The position numbers and the translations under genes were made by a program. Of a stretch of 64,000 nucleotides of DNA, positions 17,491 to 28,200 are shown piece by piece. The notes under the pieces are model-generated. The model did not search any database and was not told the DNA's origin. It worked only from the letters and a program-made list of their open reading frames with translations. This DNA comes from Thermoplasmata archaeon (GTDB lineage: Archaea > Thermoplasmatota > Thermoplasmata > UBA10834). The stretch spans positions 3,857 through 67,856 of the forward strand of contig JAOTTD010000008.1 of the NCBI GenBank assembly GCA_029864565.1, written 5' to 3'. Numbering within the stretch: the first letter of the stretch is position 1; every line of letters begins with the position of its first letter.

Positions 17491-17500
17491 TATATAAAAA
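17491..17500 (-). promoter_or_regulatory. TATA box for a leaderless transcript of 15030..17465
   Basis: Minus strand reads TTTTTATATA, then 25 nt, then ATG (17465). Confidence 0.5.
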
Positions 17501-17527
17501 CAACTGTCACATGCAGCGGCCAGTAGC

Positions 17528-18832
17528 TCAGCGTTTCTTGGCCAATCTCTCTTTCCGTGGCGTGCCATCAACGACGGTCTCTCGAACGTAGATCTGCACC
17601 ATGGTCACCGCCATTATACCCAACGCGCCAGAGATGGCGAAGGGCACAAGAGTGCCGTCCAGACCGAGTGGGAACCCTATATTCTTGCCGTAGAAATGAT
17701 CGAATATGAGTCCGCCCAAGGGAGCGCCAACGACGGCGCCAATCGCAGACATGGACTCGAGAACGCCGATGAGCTTTCCCCTCATATTCTCGGGGACGAT
17801 GTCCGCCTGCAACGCCCTAAGGGCGGGGCTGGCGACCTGGAAGGCCATGCTGCGGGCGCCCAACAGGGCCACGATAACTACCAGAGACCAGGTCGTGGGT
17901 ATAAGCAAGGTCGCCGTGAACGCAATGAGCCCGCCAGCAACGAAGAGCTTCTTCCTGCCCAACCGATCAGAGAGCCTGCCGGACGGGAACGCCACGATCG
18001 CGCCCAACCCCATCGCTATGCCGATCAGTATGGATATCCATTCGGCGCCAAGGTCGAACCTGAACATCAGGAAGAGGGCCATGAGCGGTCCGATGCTGGA
18101 GAACGAGAACCCCTCCATGGCCGCATTCACGTACAGCACCCTGATATCACGCAGCTTCCCTGATTCAAGGCCTTCGGGCTTCAGCATGCCCCTGATGCTG
18201 AGGCTACGTTTCACGGGATCCGGTGTCCGGGCATCCGTCACGTACCGCCATACCAGCAGCGTGGCGATAGCCGCCAGGATGGCAGTGAAATAGAACGGGA
18301 ATCGATAGCTGTCCATCTCCGAGAATCCCAGGGTGCTCTGGGCCAGCATGACCAACCCTCCCCCAGCGAACGGGCCGATGACGAATCCCAGGTTGGAGGA
18401 CATCACTATCTTGCCCATGGCGGCCCCTCGCTCGCCCGCAGGTGTGGAATCGATGACCAATGCCTCGCTGACTGGCCACACCATCGCGCTGGCGACGCCC
18501 TGGAAACCCCTTACAATGACCAGGCCGATCCATGTCTCCGGAACGGTGAACCAGACGGCGAAGACGACGTAGAGCGAGCTCCCTATGAGTATCAGTCTTT
18601 TCCTGCCTATCCGATCTGAGAGGTTCCCGAAGGAGGGCGAGAATATCGCCCTCGTCAGCACGAACGCCGCGAATATGATGCCGATCTCGAAGGCGCTTGC
18701 CCCCAGGTTCTCGGCGTAGACGGGGAACAGCGGGAAGATGAGGCCGAACCCTAGGCTGATGATGAAGTCCAATGCGGCGAGGTAGTTGACATTCATCCTC
18801 GCTTCGCTGACACTCAGCAGATTCGACGTCAT
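17528..18832 (-). CDS. MFS transporter
   Basis: 434 aa with about 12 hydrophobic segments. MFS loop motifs GNLSDRIGRKRL and GRLSDRLGRKKL occur in both halves. Confidence 0.8.
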   Translation of the reverse strand: MTSNLLSVSEARMNVNYLAALDFIISLGFGLIFPLFPVYAENLGASAFEIGIIFAAFVLTRAIFSPSFGNLSDRIGRKRLILIGSSLYVVFAVWFTVPETWIGLVIVRGFQGVASAMVWPVSEALVIDSTPAGERGAAMGKIVMSSNLGFVIGPFAGGGLVMLAQSTLGFSEMDSYRFPFYFTAILAAIATLLVWRYVTDARTPDPVKRSLSIRGMLKPEGLESGKLRDIRVLYVNAAMEGFSFSSIGPLMALFLMFRFDLGAEWISILIGIAMGLGAIVAFPSGRLSDRLGRKKLFVAGGLIAFTATLLIPTTWSLVVIVALLGARSMAFQVASPALRALQADIVPENMRGKLIGVLESMSAIGAVVGAPLGGLIFDHFYGKNIGFPLGLDGTLVPFAISGALGIMAVTMVQIYVRETVVDGTPRKERLAKKR

Positions 18833-18858
18833 GGTCGCCGTCCTCCCTCAGCGGAGGG

Positions 18859-19779
18859 TTAACCGAGCAGACTCACTCCAGCGCGGAGGTTCCTGAGAAT
18901 GATAGGAACCAGTGATTTGCCAGTTGCCCTCAAACCACAATCTGGGTGAGCGTAGGCGATTGAATCGAGACCTATGCGGTCCACGACTTTCTGGAGCGTT
19001 TTCCTAACGGCCTCTGGCGAATCCACCTCGGCCTCGGAGAGAGGGGTTACTGCGATGCAGCCGACTCCGAGCTTCTTGTCCGATCCCGCGAATATTCCCT
19101 GCTTGAGCAGTTCGATGTTCGGCCTCTCCTGCTTCCCCGAGAAGGCGAAACTCAGCGTGGAGACGTTGTCCAGGTCCATCAGGTGGCCGAGGACCCCAAA
19201 CCGCGTTACATTGCCACACACGTGTACGCTCGCGCGCCCCGCTGGGACATCGGCGGCAATGCTGTCCAGGAGCGCCACGCGCTCCTTGAGATCCTTGTAT
19301 CCCTGCGACAGGAACGGCTCGTCGATCTGGACATAGCCTCCGAGGGCTGCGATCTCAGCGGCGATTGGAGCTAGCGCAGATGCCATGTCCTCGTATAGAG
19401 AGAAGTCAGAGAGGCCTTTGTAATGCGATCCCATCTTCCTGCTGCCGCAGGTCATCCCGAGCGTCGTCGGTCCGGTTATGGCGATCTTCACAGGCGCCTT
19501 TGGAAGACTCTCACGTATGAACCTGAGGTCCTTCACCTTCGAGAACTCGGCCGGGTCGGTTTTCAGCTCGATCTTGCCGGTTATGACTGGCATTCCAGAC
19601 TCCACGGCCAGCCCGGTCAAGGAGTCTGCGAAATACGAGACCATGTCCGCCCGCTGTTCACCGTCTGATATGATGTCCAACCCGAAAGATTTCTGGAAGG
19701 CTATCGCTTCCTCGATAGACCCCTGCAGGTCCTCCCTGAAACGATACAGGCTCCCGATGGTAGTCGTCTTCAACGTCAT
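18859..19779 (-). CDS. short archaeal MetE-like (cobalamin-independent methionine synthase catalytic-domain) protein
   Basis: TTTIGSLYRF, ISDGEQRADMVSYF, SVHVCGN, YAHPDCGL (Zn-ligand-like His/Cys positions of the Meth_synt_2 family). Confidence 0.7.
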   Translation of the reverse strand: MTLKTTTIGSLYRFREDLQGSIEEAIAFQKSFGLDIISDGEQRADMVSYFADSLTGLAVESGMPVITGKIELKTDPAEFSKVKDLRFIRESLPKAPVKIAITGPTTLGMTCGSRKMGSHYKGLSDFSLYEDMASALAPIAAEIAALGGYVQIDEPFLSQGYKDLKERVALLDSIAADVPAGRASVHVCGNVTRFGVLGHLMDLDNVSTLSFAFSGKQERPNIELLKQGIFAGSDKKLGVGCIAVTPLSEAEVDSPEAVRKTLQKVVDRIGLDSIAYAHPDCGLRATGKSLVPIILRNLRAGVSLLG

Positions 19780-19878
19780 GTTCGCGTCAACGATTGAGAG
19801 GACAGCTCCAATTAAGCCTTTTCGGTCCGCATGCAGGGCTTGGAAAGAGTGTTATGCGAAAAAGGCCGTCAGGGTTGC

Positions 19879-20700
19879 GTGAAGCTGATAGTCACGTCTT
19901 CCGAGGATCCGGCATCCATGAACATAAGGCAGAGGCTCCTCGAGATGCGCGATTGGAGCGAGGATGGATTCTTCGCCGGCCATCCAGTCCTCGCGACCGA
20001 TGATTTTCTGATGGTGCTTGTGGATCGCATACACCTCGATGAGGACCACATTGATGGTAAGGTGGTTTCGGAGCTCGGGAAGGAAGTGTCGACGACGATA
20101 TTCGCCTCCCGACATAGCTCGGAGTCAAGGATACCCACACTCACTGTCCACCCCGTAGGCAACTACTCCAAGGCAGACTTTGGGGGAGTAGAGGGCACGC
20201 TCTCGCCATCGTCGCCGCATCTGATGACTGAAGCGCTGAGAGGACTCGTCAAGAATGCGATCGGTCTCGACTTCAAGGTCTCGTTCGAGACGACCCATCA
20301 CGGTCCATTGACCGATGGGCCTGCGTTCTATATCGAAATCGGTAGCCACGAGGAGCTTTGGACGCGCGAAGACGCGGCTACGGCGATTGCGAAGACAATC
20401 ATGGAAGTAGAAGACAGAGAATATCCGGTCACGGTCTGCGTCGGAGGGGGGCATTATGCTCCGAGATTCACGGACCTAGCGCTCTCGACGAAGATAGCGG
20501 TCGGTCACATGGCCGCCAACTACGCGCTCGACTCGCTAGACGATGCCATGATTGGCCAGATGCTGAACAAGAGCGGCGAGGCCAAGCGCGTCTACTTCCA
20601 TCGAAAGGGAATGCCCAAAGCCAAGTATCGCGAGCTGCGGCAACAATTCTCCTCTCTCGACATCGATGAGGCCAGGAGCGACGATTTCGAGCCGCTGTGA
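19879..20700 (+). CDS. dtdA: D-aminoacyl-tRNA deacylase, archaeal type
   Basis: GTG 19879 gives VKLIVTSSEDPASMNIRQRLLE...IFASRHSSES...TLTVHPVGN...SFETTHHGP, matching the DtdA family. Confidence 0.8.
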   Translation: MKLIVTSSEDPASMNIRQRLLEMRDWSEDGFFAGHPVLATDDFLMVLVDRIHLDEDHIDGKVVSELGKEVSTTIFASRHSSESRIPTLTVHPVGNYSKADFGGVEGTLSPSSPHLMTEALRGLVKNAIGLDFKVSFETTHHGPLTDGPAFYIEIGSHEELWTREDAATAIAKTIMEVEDREYPVTVCVGGGHYAPRFTDLALSTKIAVGHMAANYALDSLDDAMIGQMLNKSGEAKRVYFHRKGMPKAKYRELRQQFSSLDIDEARSDDFEPL

Positions 20701-20702
20701 CT

Positions 20703-21392
20703 TCATTTCACCACTGTGCCTCTGAACTCCTCGCTCAGAAGCGCCGACCTCAGGTTGGCAATGTCCCTGCCATCGACTATCGCCAGGATGATGCCCGCCC
20801 TGCGCACAACATCGGAACCCACGGGATCGAAAACGATATTGGGACCCGCGCCCGATGGAGTCCCGGACACAAGCGAGACGAGTTCGTCGTAGGACATCTT
20901 CGGTATGCGCTTGGCAGTCGGGTCGATCTTCGGATCAGCCGTGTAGGCACCGTCGACAGAGGTTGCGTTGACCAGCAGGGGCGCGTGCGCCCGCTCGGCC
21001 AACATAGCGGAGACGGCGTCCGTCGTTATGCCCGGGCTCACGCCTCCCATTACCACGATGTCGTGCGATTGCGAGGCGGCTAACGCCTCATCGTAATCGT
21101 TAGGGGGCACATTGGCCGATCGCTCTCCCAACGCAACGCTCAGAAGACGTGCATTCAAGCGGGTGACGGCTATGCCCATCTCATCCAACAGGCTCTCCGG
21201 CGCGCCCAGCGCTCTTGCGGAGCGGATGTAGTGGCGGGCAATCCTGCCGCCGCCGGTGACGATTAGTAGCTTTCGCTTCGAAGAGACTTGCACAAGCACG
21301 CTCGCGAGTTCCTTGATGTAGGCGACATCGTCATCGTCGGTAATCAGAACGGAGCCACCCAGCGATAGGACTACTGGTTCCATCGTGGTCAA
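20703..21392 (-). CDS. pyrH: uridylate (UMP) kinase, archaeal type
   Basis: VVLSLGGSVL, LLIVTGGGRIARHYI, AVTRLNARLL, VVMGG..PGITTDAVSAMLAE. Confidence 0.88.
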   Translation of the reverse strand: MTTMEPVVLSLGGSVLITDDDDVAYIKELASVLVQVSSKRKLLIVTGGGRIARHYIRSARALGAPESLLDEMGIAVTRLNARLLSVALGERSANVPPNDYDEALAASQSHDIVVMGGVSPGITTDAVSAMLAERAHAPLLVNATSVDGAYTADPKIDPTAKRIPKMSYDELVSLVSGTPSGAGPNIVFDPVGSDVVRRAGIILAIVDGRDIANLRSALLSEEFRGTVVK

Positions 21393-21447
21393 CCTTTATA
21401 ATGGCGAACGCTCTAACCACTACAAAAGGCTTCGGACTGGTTCTGAG

Positions 21448-22674
21448 ATGACCGAGCTGACAGACCTGCAGAAGTACGAGTTCCGAAGAAGCCTCGAAGA
21501 GGTAAGCGAACTCTCCGGAAGGGGCACGGAACTCATATCGCTCTACATACCACCGACGAGACAGATATCGGATGTTGCGGCCTACCTCAGGAACGAGTAC
21601 TCGCAATCGTCCAACATCAAGTCGGCTAGCACACGCAAGAACGTCCAAGCCGCTATATCGTCGATACTCTCCCGTCTGAAGGGATTCAAGCAATCGCCGG
21701 AGAACGGCCTTGTATTCTTCGTCGGTCACCGGTCGGTCGGCGCCGACCAGACGAGCATGGTGCAGTTCGTGCTGGAGCCGCCCGACTCCGTGCAGACATT
21801 CATGTACCGCTGCGATTCGTCGTTCTACCTCGAGCCTCTGCATGACATGCTGGAGAAGAAGGATCGGTACGGATTGATAGTCATAGACAGGAGTGAGGCG
21901 ACCGTCGGTTTGCTGAACGGCAAGAGAATAGTCCCGGTCAAGAACCTCCAGTCACTAGTGCCCAGCAAGCACGGCCGCGGTGGCCAATCCGCCCGCAGGT
22001 TCGAGAGGGTCATAGAGGTCGCTGCCCACGAGTACTACAAGAAGGTAGCCGAGATAGTCAACGATTCGTTCCTGGAGGACAAGGGCATGAAGGGCATCCT
22101 CGTCGGAGGGCCAGGCCCCACCAAGGAGTTCTTCGTGAAGAGCGAGTATCTTCACCATGAGTTGCAGCAGAAGGTGATCGACGTCTTCGACACCGGCTAC
22201 ACGGACGAGTACGGGCTCAAGGAGCTGGTTGAGAAGGCCAGGGAAGCCCTCCGCGGTCTGGACCTAATGAGGGAGAAGGACCTGATACAGCAGCTATTCG
22301 AGGAGATAAGGAAGCCAGACGGCGGCCTAGCGGTTTACGGTGAGGAGCAGGTCACTCATGCGCTTATGATCGGGGCAGTCGACACGCTGCTTGTCTCGGA
22401 GGACATGCGGAAGAAGAAGCTGGACATGCTCTGCCCCTCCTGCGGAAACACCAAGGACCTGTTCGCCAAGGAGGCCCCTGACGTAGCCAAGTGTGACAAG
22501 TGCGGCGCTTTGATGGAGACTCAGGCCTCCGTCGATTTCGTGGAGGAGTTGCACAAATTGGCGGACGCCAACAGCACAGCAATAGAGTTCATATCGGGCG
22601 AGTCCGAGGAGGGAGGGCTCCTCGTCAAGGCGTTTGGCGGACTCGCAGGGATACTCAGATTCAGGGTGAGTTGA
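21448..22674 (+). CDS. prf1: peptide chain release factor aRF1
   Basis: MTELTDLQKYEFRRSLEE...GTELISLYIPP, NIKS-like SSNIKSASTRKNV, and GGQSARRFER (GGQ motif). The stop overlaps the argS start (TGATG). Confidence 0.92.
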   Translation: MTELTDLQKYEFRRSLEEVSELSGRGTELISLYIPPTRQISDVAAYLRNEYSQSSNIKSASTRKNVQAAISSILSRLKGFKQSPENGLVFFVGHRSVGADQTSMVQFVLEPPDSVQTFMYRCDSSFYLEPLHDMLEKKDRYGLIVIDRSEATVGLLNGKRIVPVKNLQSLVPSKHGRGGQSARRFERVIEVAAHEYYKKVAEIVNDSFLEDKGMKGILVGGPGPTKEFFVKSEYLHHELQQKVIDVFDTGYTDEYGLKELVEKAREALRGLDLMREKDLIQQLFEEIRKPDGGLAVYGEEQVTHALMIGAVDTLLVSEDMRKKKLDMLCPSCGNTKDLFAKEAPDVAKCDKCGALMETQASVDFVEELHKLADANSTAIEFISGESEEGGLLVKAFGGLAGILRFRVS

Positions 22675-24419
22675 TGACGGAAATCGAGAACCACGACCCG
22701 TTCGCCGTGTTCCGCAGAGAAGCAGAGCGTGCGCTCAGCGCCGCACTCGTTGAAGTCGGTGTTGACGACACGGAGATTGTGCTGGAGAAGCCGCCGAAGG
22801 GTATGGGCGACCTTGGATTTCCTTGCTTCCCGCTAGCCAAGATTCTGAAGATGACTCCCAACAAGATCGCGGAAGACATCGCCTCGAAGATAACCCCGAA
22901 TGGAACGATCGATGGAGTCGAGGCGAAAGGAGGATACGTCAATTTCCATGTCAGGTTCGATATGCTCGCCAAGGCCACTATATCGACAGCGCTTGCGGCG
23001 AGGGAGCGCTTCGGCTCAGGTCCATCCAAAGGTGTGAAGGTGCTCTTGGAGCACACGAGCGTGAACCCAACCGGACCGATGCACATCGGGAGGGCGAGGA
23101 ACCCCATCATAGGGGACACCTTGGCGCGGATAATGCGTCTCGCGGGGTACGACGTCTTGACGGAGTTCTACGTGAACGACGTCGGACGGCAGGTGGCCAC
23201 AATGACCTGGGGGGTCAAGAATCTCACCATAGGAGACGCGCCGAACGGAGGCAAAGGCGACCACAGATTCGTTCCGTATTATCGAGAGGCGCACAAGAAA
23301 TGCGAGGAGGATCCGAAGGTGCTCGAGGAGGTCAACGCGCTACTGTACAAGTTGGAGCACGGAGACCCCGAATCGGTAGAGCTGAACAGGAAAACCAGCG
23401 AGACAGTCCTTGAGGGCATGATGGAGAGCCTCCGACGGATCAACATACGGATCGATGGTTTCACTTGGGAGTCGAGGTTCGTCGAGAACGGCAGCGTCGA
23501 CAAGGTCATCTCGAAGCTTAGGCAATCAGAATACTGTCACGAATCGGACGGGGCACAACACCTCGAACTCGAGTCGTTCGGCATCACTGGACGCGACACG
23601 AAATGGGTTTTCACTAGGTCGGACGGCACATCGCTATACACGACGCGCGACCTCGCATACCACCTGGATAAGTTCTCCAGGTCGGACGTCGCCATCAACG
23701 TGCTAGGTGAGGACCAGAAACTGGGCATGCAGCAGCTCGCTGCTGCGCTGAACATCATAGGCTCCGACAGGAGACCCGAGATAGTGTTCTATGCGTTCGT
23801 GTCGTTGCCCGAGGGGAGAATGTCGACCAGGAAGGGGACCGTTGTGACGCTGGACGACCTCATGGACGAGGCTGTCGACATGGCATACGAGGAGGTCCGC
23901 AAGCGACGGTCGGATCTTCCGGAGGAGCGCATGCGCGAAATCGCCAGAACCGTCGGATTGGGGGCGCTCAGGTACAATATCGCCAGAATACAGGCCGAGA
24001 AGCAGATAGTCTTCAAATGGGAGGAGGCGCTGAATTTCGAAGGCAGCAGCGCACCGTTCCTACAGTACGCCCACGCACGGGCGTGCTCGATACTCAAGAA
24101 AGCAGATTCCAAACCAGGGCCCGCCTCCGCCGATGCGTGCGCAAGGAAGCTTGTCAATCATCACGAGCGAGAGCTGCTGAAGCTCGTGGCCGCGTTCCCC
24201 ATGGTCATAGGGGAATGCGCGGAGACCAGGCGCCCGCACGCACTCGCGGCGTTTACACAGGACCTCGCGGCGCAGTTCAACCAGTTCTACCGCTACGTGC
24301 CGGTGCTCAAGGCCGAGGGGGATGTCATCGAGGCGAGGCTCGCTCTAGTAGAGGCCGCCAGATGGACCTTGAGGAACGCGCTCGACTGTCTCGGGATAGA
24401 CGCTCCTGAGGAGATGTGA
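22674..24419 (+). CDS. argS: arginyl-tRNA synthetase
   Basis: ATG 22674. Contains LEHTSVNPTGPMHIGRARN (HIGH-type), DGTSLYTTRDLAYH, MSTRKG, and the C-terminal anticodon-binding DALR-like region. Confidence 0.9.
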   Translation: MTEIENHDPFAVFRREAERALSAALVEVGVDDTEIVLEKPPKGMGDLGFPCFPLAKILKMTPNKIAEDIASKITPNGTIDGVEAKGGYVNFHVRFDMLAKATISTALAARERFGSGPSKGVKVLLEHTSVNPTGPMHIGRARNPIIGDTLARIMRLAGYDVLTEFYVNDVGRQVATMTWGVKNLTIGDAPNGGKGDHRFVPYYREAHKKCEEDPKVLEEVNALLYKLEHGDPESVELNRKTSETVLEGMMESLRRINIRIDGFTWESRFVENGSVDKVISKLRQSEYCHESDGAQHLELESFGITGRDTKWVFTRSDGTSLYTTRDLAYHLDKFSRSDVAINVLGEDQKLGMQQLAAALNIIGSDRRPEIVFYAFVSLPEGRMSTRKGTVVTLDDLMDEAVDMAYEEVRKRRSDLPEERMREIARTVGLGALRYNIARIQAEKQIVFKWEEALNFEGSSAPFLQYAHARACSILKKADSKPGPASADACARKLVNHHERELLKLVAAFPMVIGECAETRRPHALAAFTQDLAAQFNQFYRYVPVLKAEGDVIEARLALVEAARWTLRNALDCLGIDAPEEM

Positions 24420-24422
24420 TCG

Positions 24423-25160
24423 TCACCGCCTCATGTTCCAGCTTTCGTTGCCATAGCACGATGCGACGTAATTCTCGACCGTCTTTGACTCTGGCTCCGT
24501 CAGTTGGGATCTCTCGAATTCGACTTCGAACAACCTTCCAAACCCGCAGGTCAATGCGCCCTTGACCTGATCCATACCAGGCGCAGGATGCAGCAGATCG
24601 GATAGCCTCGTTACCCGTGCCGAAGGGCGCGTCGCTGTGCCCTTCAACACCGCATCCATGGTCTCCAAGTCGGTGTCCACGATGACGGTGCCGTGGTGGA
24701 GCAAGGACCCGTGCCTTCTCAGCTGAGCGCTTCCGGAGACCTTCCTACCCCTGACCTCGACATCGTTCATCGGGCGATAGGCCGCATGCGCGCCCAGCCC
24801 CCGGAGGGACTCCGCGACGGCACCACAGACGGCTTTGAACGCTCCTGCGGGAGTGCTCCCAAGAATCGATTCGGAAGTTATGATCGCGAATATCAGCTGT
24901 CCCCCATCTGTGTAAATCGACCCGCCCCCGGAGCGCCGACGGACGATCGCCACACCTCTTCGGACGCACTCTTCGAGGTCCACCGCCTCCGCGGCTTTCT
25001 GGAACTGGCCTAAGGACACTGTCGGCTGCGAGCGCGTGTAGAAGTGCAGGGTGTCTGGGACGTCGCCGAGCCCGTGACTCTCGAGTATTGACTCATCAAT
25101 GGCCGCAGAATGGGGTGGCGACAAAGGGCCGCTGTCAATCAAACGCCAACTCGGGCTCAT
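24423..25160 (-). CDS. lplA: lipoate-protein ligase A family (catalytic domain)
   Basis: WRLIDSGPL...LHFYTRSQPTVSLGQFQ...RRRSGGGSIYTDGGQLIFAI...VEVRGRKVSGSAQ. Confidence 0.8.
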   Translation of the reverse strand: MSPSWRLIDSGPLSPPHSAAIDESILESHGLGDVPDTLHFYTRSQPTVSLGQFQKAAEAVDLEECVRRGVAIVRRRSGGGSIYTDGGQLIFAIITSESILGSTPAGAFKAVCGAVAESLRGLGAHAAYRPMNDVEVRGRKVSGSAQLRRHGSLLHHGTVIVDTDLETMDAVLKGTATRPSARVTRLSDLLHPAPGMDQVKGALTCGFGRLFEVEFERSQLTEPESKTVENYVASCYGNESWNMRR

Positions 25161-25229
25161 CCACGATGATTATGGCAAAATCAAGGTAAAGAGGTTTGTC
25201 GGAAGGGGTTTCGGGTACGTGCGGGATGC

Positions 25230-28200
25230 TCATTCCTTGGAGCCGTTGCTCTCCTTCTCCTTCGCCGCCTTATCCCTGCGCTCCTGCTTCTCCCGCTTGT
25301 CCTTCTCCCGGCGCTCCTGCTTCTCCCGCTTGTCCTTCTCCCGGCGCTCCTTGCTGTCAAGGCGGCCCCTGTCCCTTCTCGGACCCTTGCGCTCGCGTTT
25401 GGACCATCTGCCCCTCAGGTAGAGCAGCAGTGGCACCAGGATAATGACCGCAGCGATGCCTCCCCAGAGAGCCGCTTTCTTCCAGGGAGCCTCCTTGACG
25501 ACCAGCGCCTGGTCGACCCTTGTAGTCTTGGAGTGCGTAACCAACTGGTCAGTGCTGGTCACGTTCACCTTGATCTTGTACGTGCCCCTGTTCTCAGGAG
25601 TCCATGCGAACTTCACCTGGACTTTGCCGCCGACCTCTATCTGCGTGGCCTCGATGGAGTCGTTGAGGATCTTGCTCGTGGTGCCGATGCGCGTCTCACT
25701 CTCCTCATCCACGATGTAGAAGGTCACCACGACGCCGGTCGCCACCGCGCTACCCTTGTTGGTCAGGTTGACGATGATATAGCCGCTCTTGCCTTCGGTG
25801 AACTCAGCTGGCTCGTAGTATATGTCGCCATCGATCATGACATTGGGTCTCGGACTCGTCTCAATCTTGACCGAGTGCTTCTTGAAAGCGCTATTGTTCG
25901 ACGAGTCGGTGACATTGAGCTCCACGGAGAAGGTCGTAACTTGCTTGAAAACATGTGTGACGTTGACGAGTCCCGTTCCGTTCAGCCACGAATCGTCTCC
26001 GAGTCCGTCTGCGAAGTACCACGAGAAGTACATGTCCTCGACGTCATCGAGGTTGTCGGTGGTCGCGTTGGCATCGAACACTATCGTCTGGTTCTCTATG
26101 AGGCTCGTGCCATATGTGGCGTTCTTGACGGTAAATGAGACGACAGGGGCGGCGGAATCGTTGACCTTCACGGTCAGTGTCGTGTTCTTCCAGTGACCCG
26201 CGACGTCCGTCACGTTGAGCACTACGTCGAACGTCCCAGAGTCGGCGAAAGAGTGCGAGACGTTCTTCTCGTCATCAGTCCACGAAATCCTGCCGGACTC
26301 GTTGCCTTCGCCGTAGTAGAACTCGAAGAAGTCCACGACGCCGAGAGAGTCGTCTGCGGAGGACGCATCATCGGACGAATAGGTCGCATTGAACCAGACA
26401 GCTTCGCCCTGGTCCACCTCGAGCATGCCCGTGGTGGTGTTGACCTCCCTGTCCTTGACCGTTATCACGGGGACAGGGTCGGCATCATCGCAGATGACCT
26501 CTATCTCGGTCCAGTTCTGGATGCCCACCGCATCCGTAACCGTCAGGTTGACGGTCCTGCTAGCGGAGGCGTTGACGAACACATGTCCAATCGTAACATT
26601 GGTGGTGGTTTCTGCCGCGGTGAAGTCGTCGAAGTTCCAAGTGTAAGTCATCGGGTTGCCGTTCGGATCATCGGAGTCTCTTGCGGTGAAGTTGACCTCG
26701 GAGCCGACGCGGACGATGTACTTCGTCGTATTCCCTTCGTCATCGGTCACCGCGTACACTAGGCCCTGCTCGATCTCCATGCCCGCTCCAGCCGAAGGCT
26801 TCTCGGAAAGCTCGAAGGCGAGCGAGACGGGCTCTGGGCCGCCCACATACGCCTCCGAGTCGATTGAGAACGTCTCGTATCCTGCGACGATCACATGCGA
26901 ACCTGGGCCGCTGCTGTTGTACACGAGCTCGTAGTCAGCCGGCAGCGAAACCGTGTATGTGTAGTTGACCGAAGCGGTCTCGTACGATGCATACAGAGTC
27001 GCAGTGTAATCCGAGGCGTCGACATCGATCTCATCGTCTGCAGGTGTGGTGTAGACGCAGGAATAGGTGTACAGAACACCAGTCTTGTTGAGGACGTCCG
27101 TGGGGACAATGTCCACGTCGAAGGCGCTCAGAGTTCCGGACGCCTCGTAATAGTAGGTGTCGTTGACAACCAGGAATTTGCCCGTCGTTGGGTACTTCGC
27201 GCCGTGGTCGCTAACCATGTCCACGAACTCACCGACCTCACCGGCATCGAGCAGACCGTCTGTCGTGTCGGAGTTGAGGTCGATCTGTATCCTCAGGCTC
27301 CCGATGTCGCTGTACTCGAGTCCAGGGTAAGCGTGGTCGTAGGACCATACCGTCGACTCCGTCAATGTGAACGAGTTGAAGTCCTCATCGTAGACAATGC
27401 TGGCGGCCTCGATTCTCTGAATCTGGTCCTCGAACTGCGCCGACTCGTCCACTGAGCTTCCCGAAAGCGCGCCTGTGAGATCGAGTTCCTTGACAATGGC
27501 CGAAGCACCGTCACCGTCGATACACAGTATGAATTCGTCCGCATAGGCGTCGAAAGTGAAGAAGGTACCCTCCTCGCTCCTCAGCAGCCTCTTGATCCAC
27601 GGAAGGCCGTCATCCTTGGAAAGCAGATACGCAACCACGTTCGATGCCGGGTTGCCGTCGGAGTTGGTCATAAATCCGCTCACGCGTACAGACCGAGACA
27701 GCGCGATTTCAATGACGTTGTTGCTGATGACATTGACGTCCGTGACCTCCATCTCGTACAGATCGGCGCTGACAGCGAGAGCGAAGTTGGCTGGCGTGAG
27801 GGATGTGTTCCACATGTCGACGACCGCGTAGCCCTGCGCGTTGGTCGTCCCAGAGGAGACGATCTCCTTGGCCACCTTATCGTAGAATGCCACAGTGGCG
27901 CCAGTAAGTGTAAGGCCCGTTGACTGGCTCTTCACCGTTACATTCCATTCATACTGCTTGGGGTCGAATTCAGTCAGGCTGATAGCCGGACTGATCGTCT
28001 TGGACGTGAGGGCGGAGAACGCAAACTCTGTCGCGCCCTTCTTGTCGTAATGGTCCGCTGCTATGACGTCGATCTTGTAGTATCCCGATGGGGCGTTGTT
28101 CACCACATAGAGCTTCATGGCCGAAGAATATGTGGCGGGTAGGACCTCACCGGTGTGAACGTTTGTGAGGGTGACAGTCACGCCTGTGGAGACGGGAGAC

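Noticed and set aside
22500-22673. 58-codon N-terminal extension of the ArgRS ORF
   Set aside because: It overlaps the aRF1 3' end and is an Arg/Gly-rich out-of-frame read of that gene. The conserved ArgRS N-terminus begins at ATG 22674, which overlaps the aRF1 stop (TGATG).
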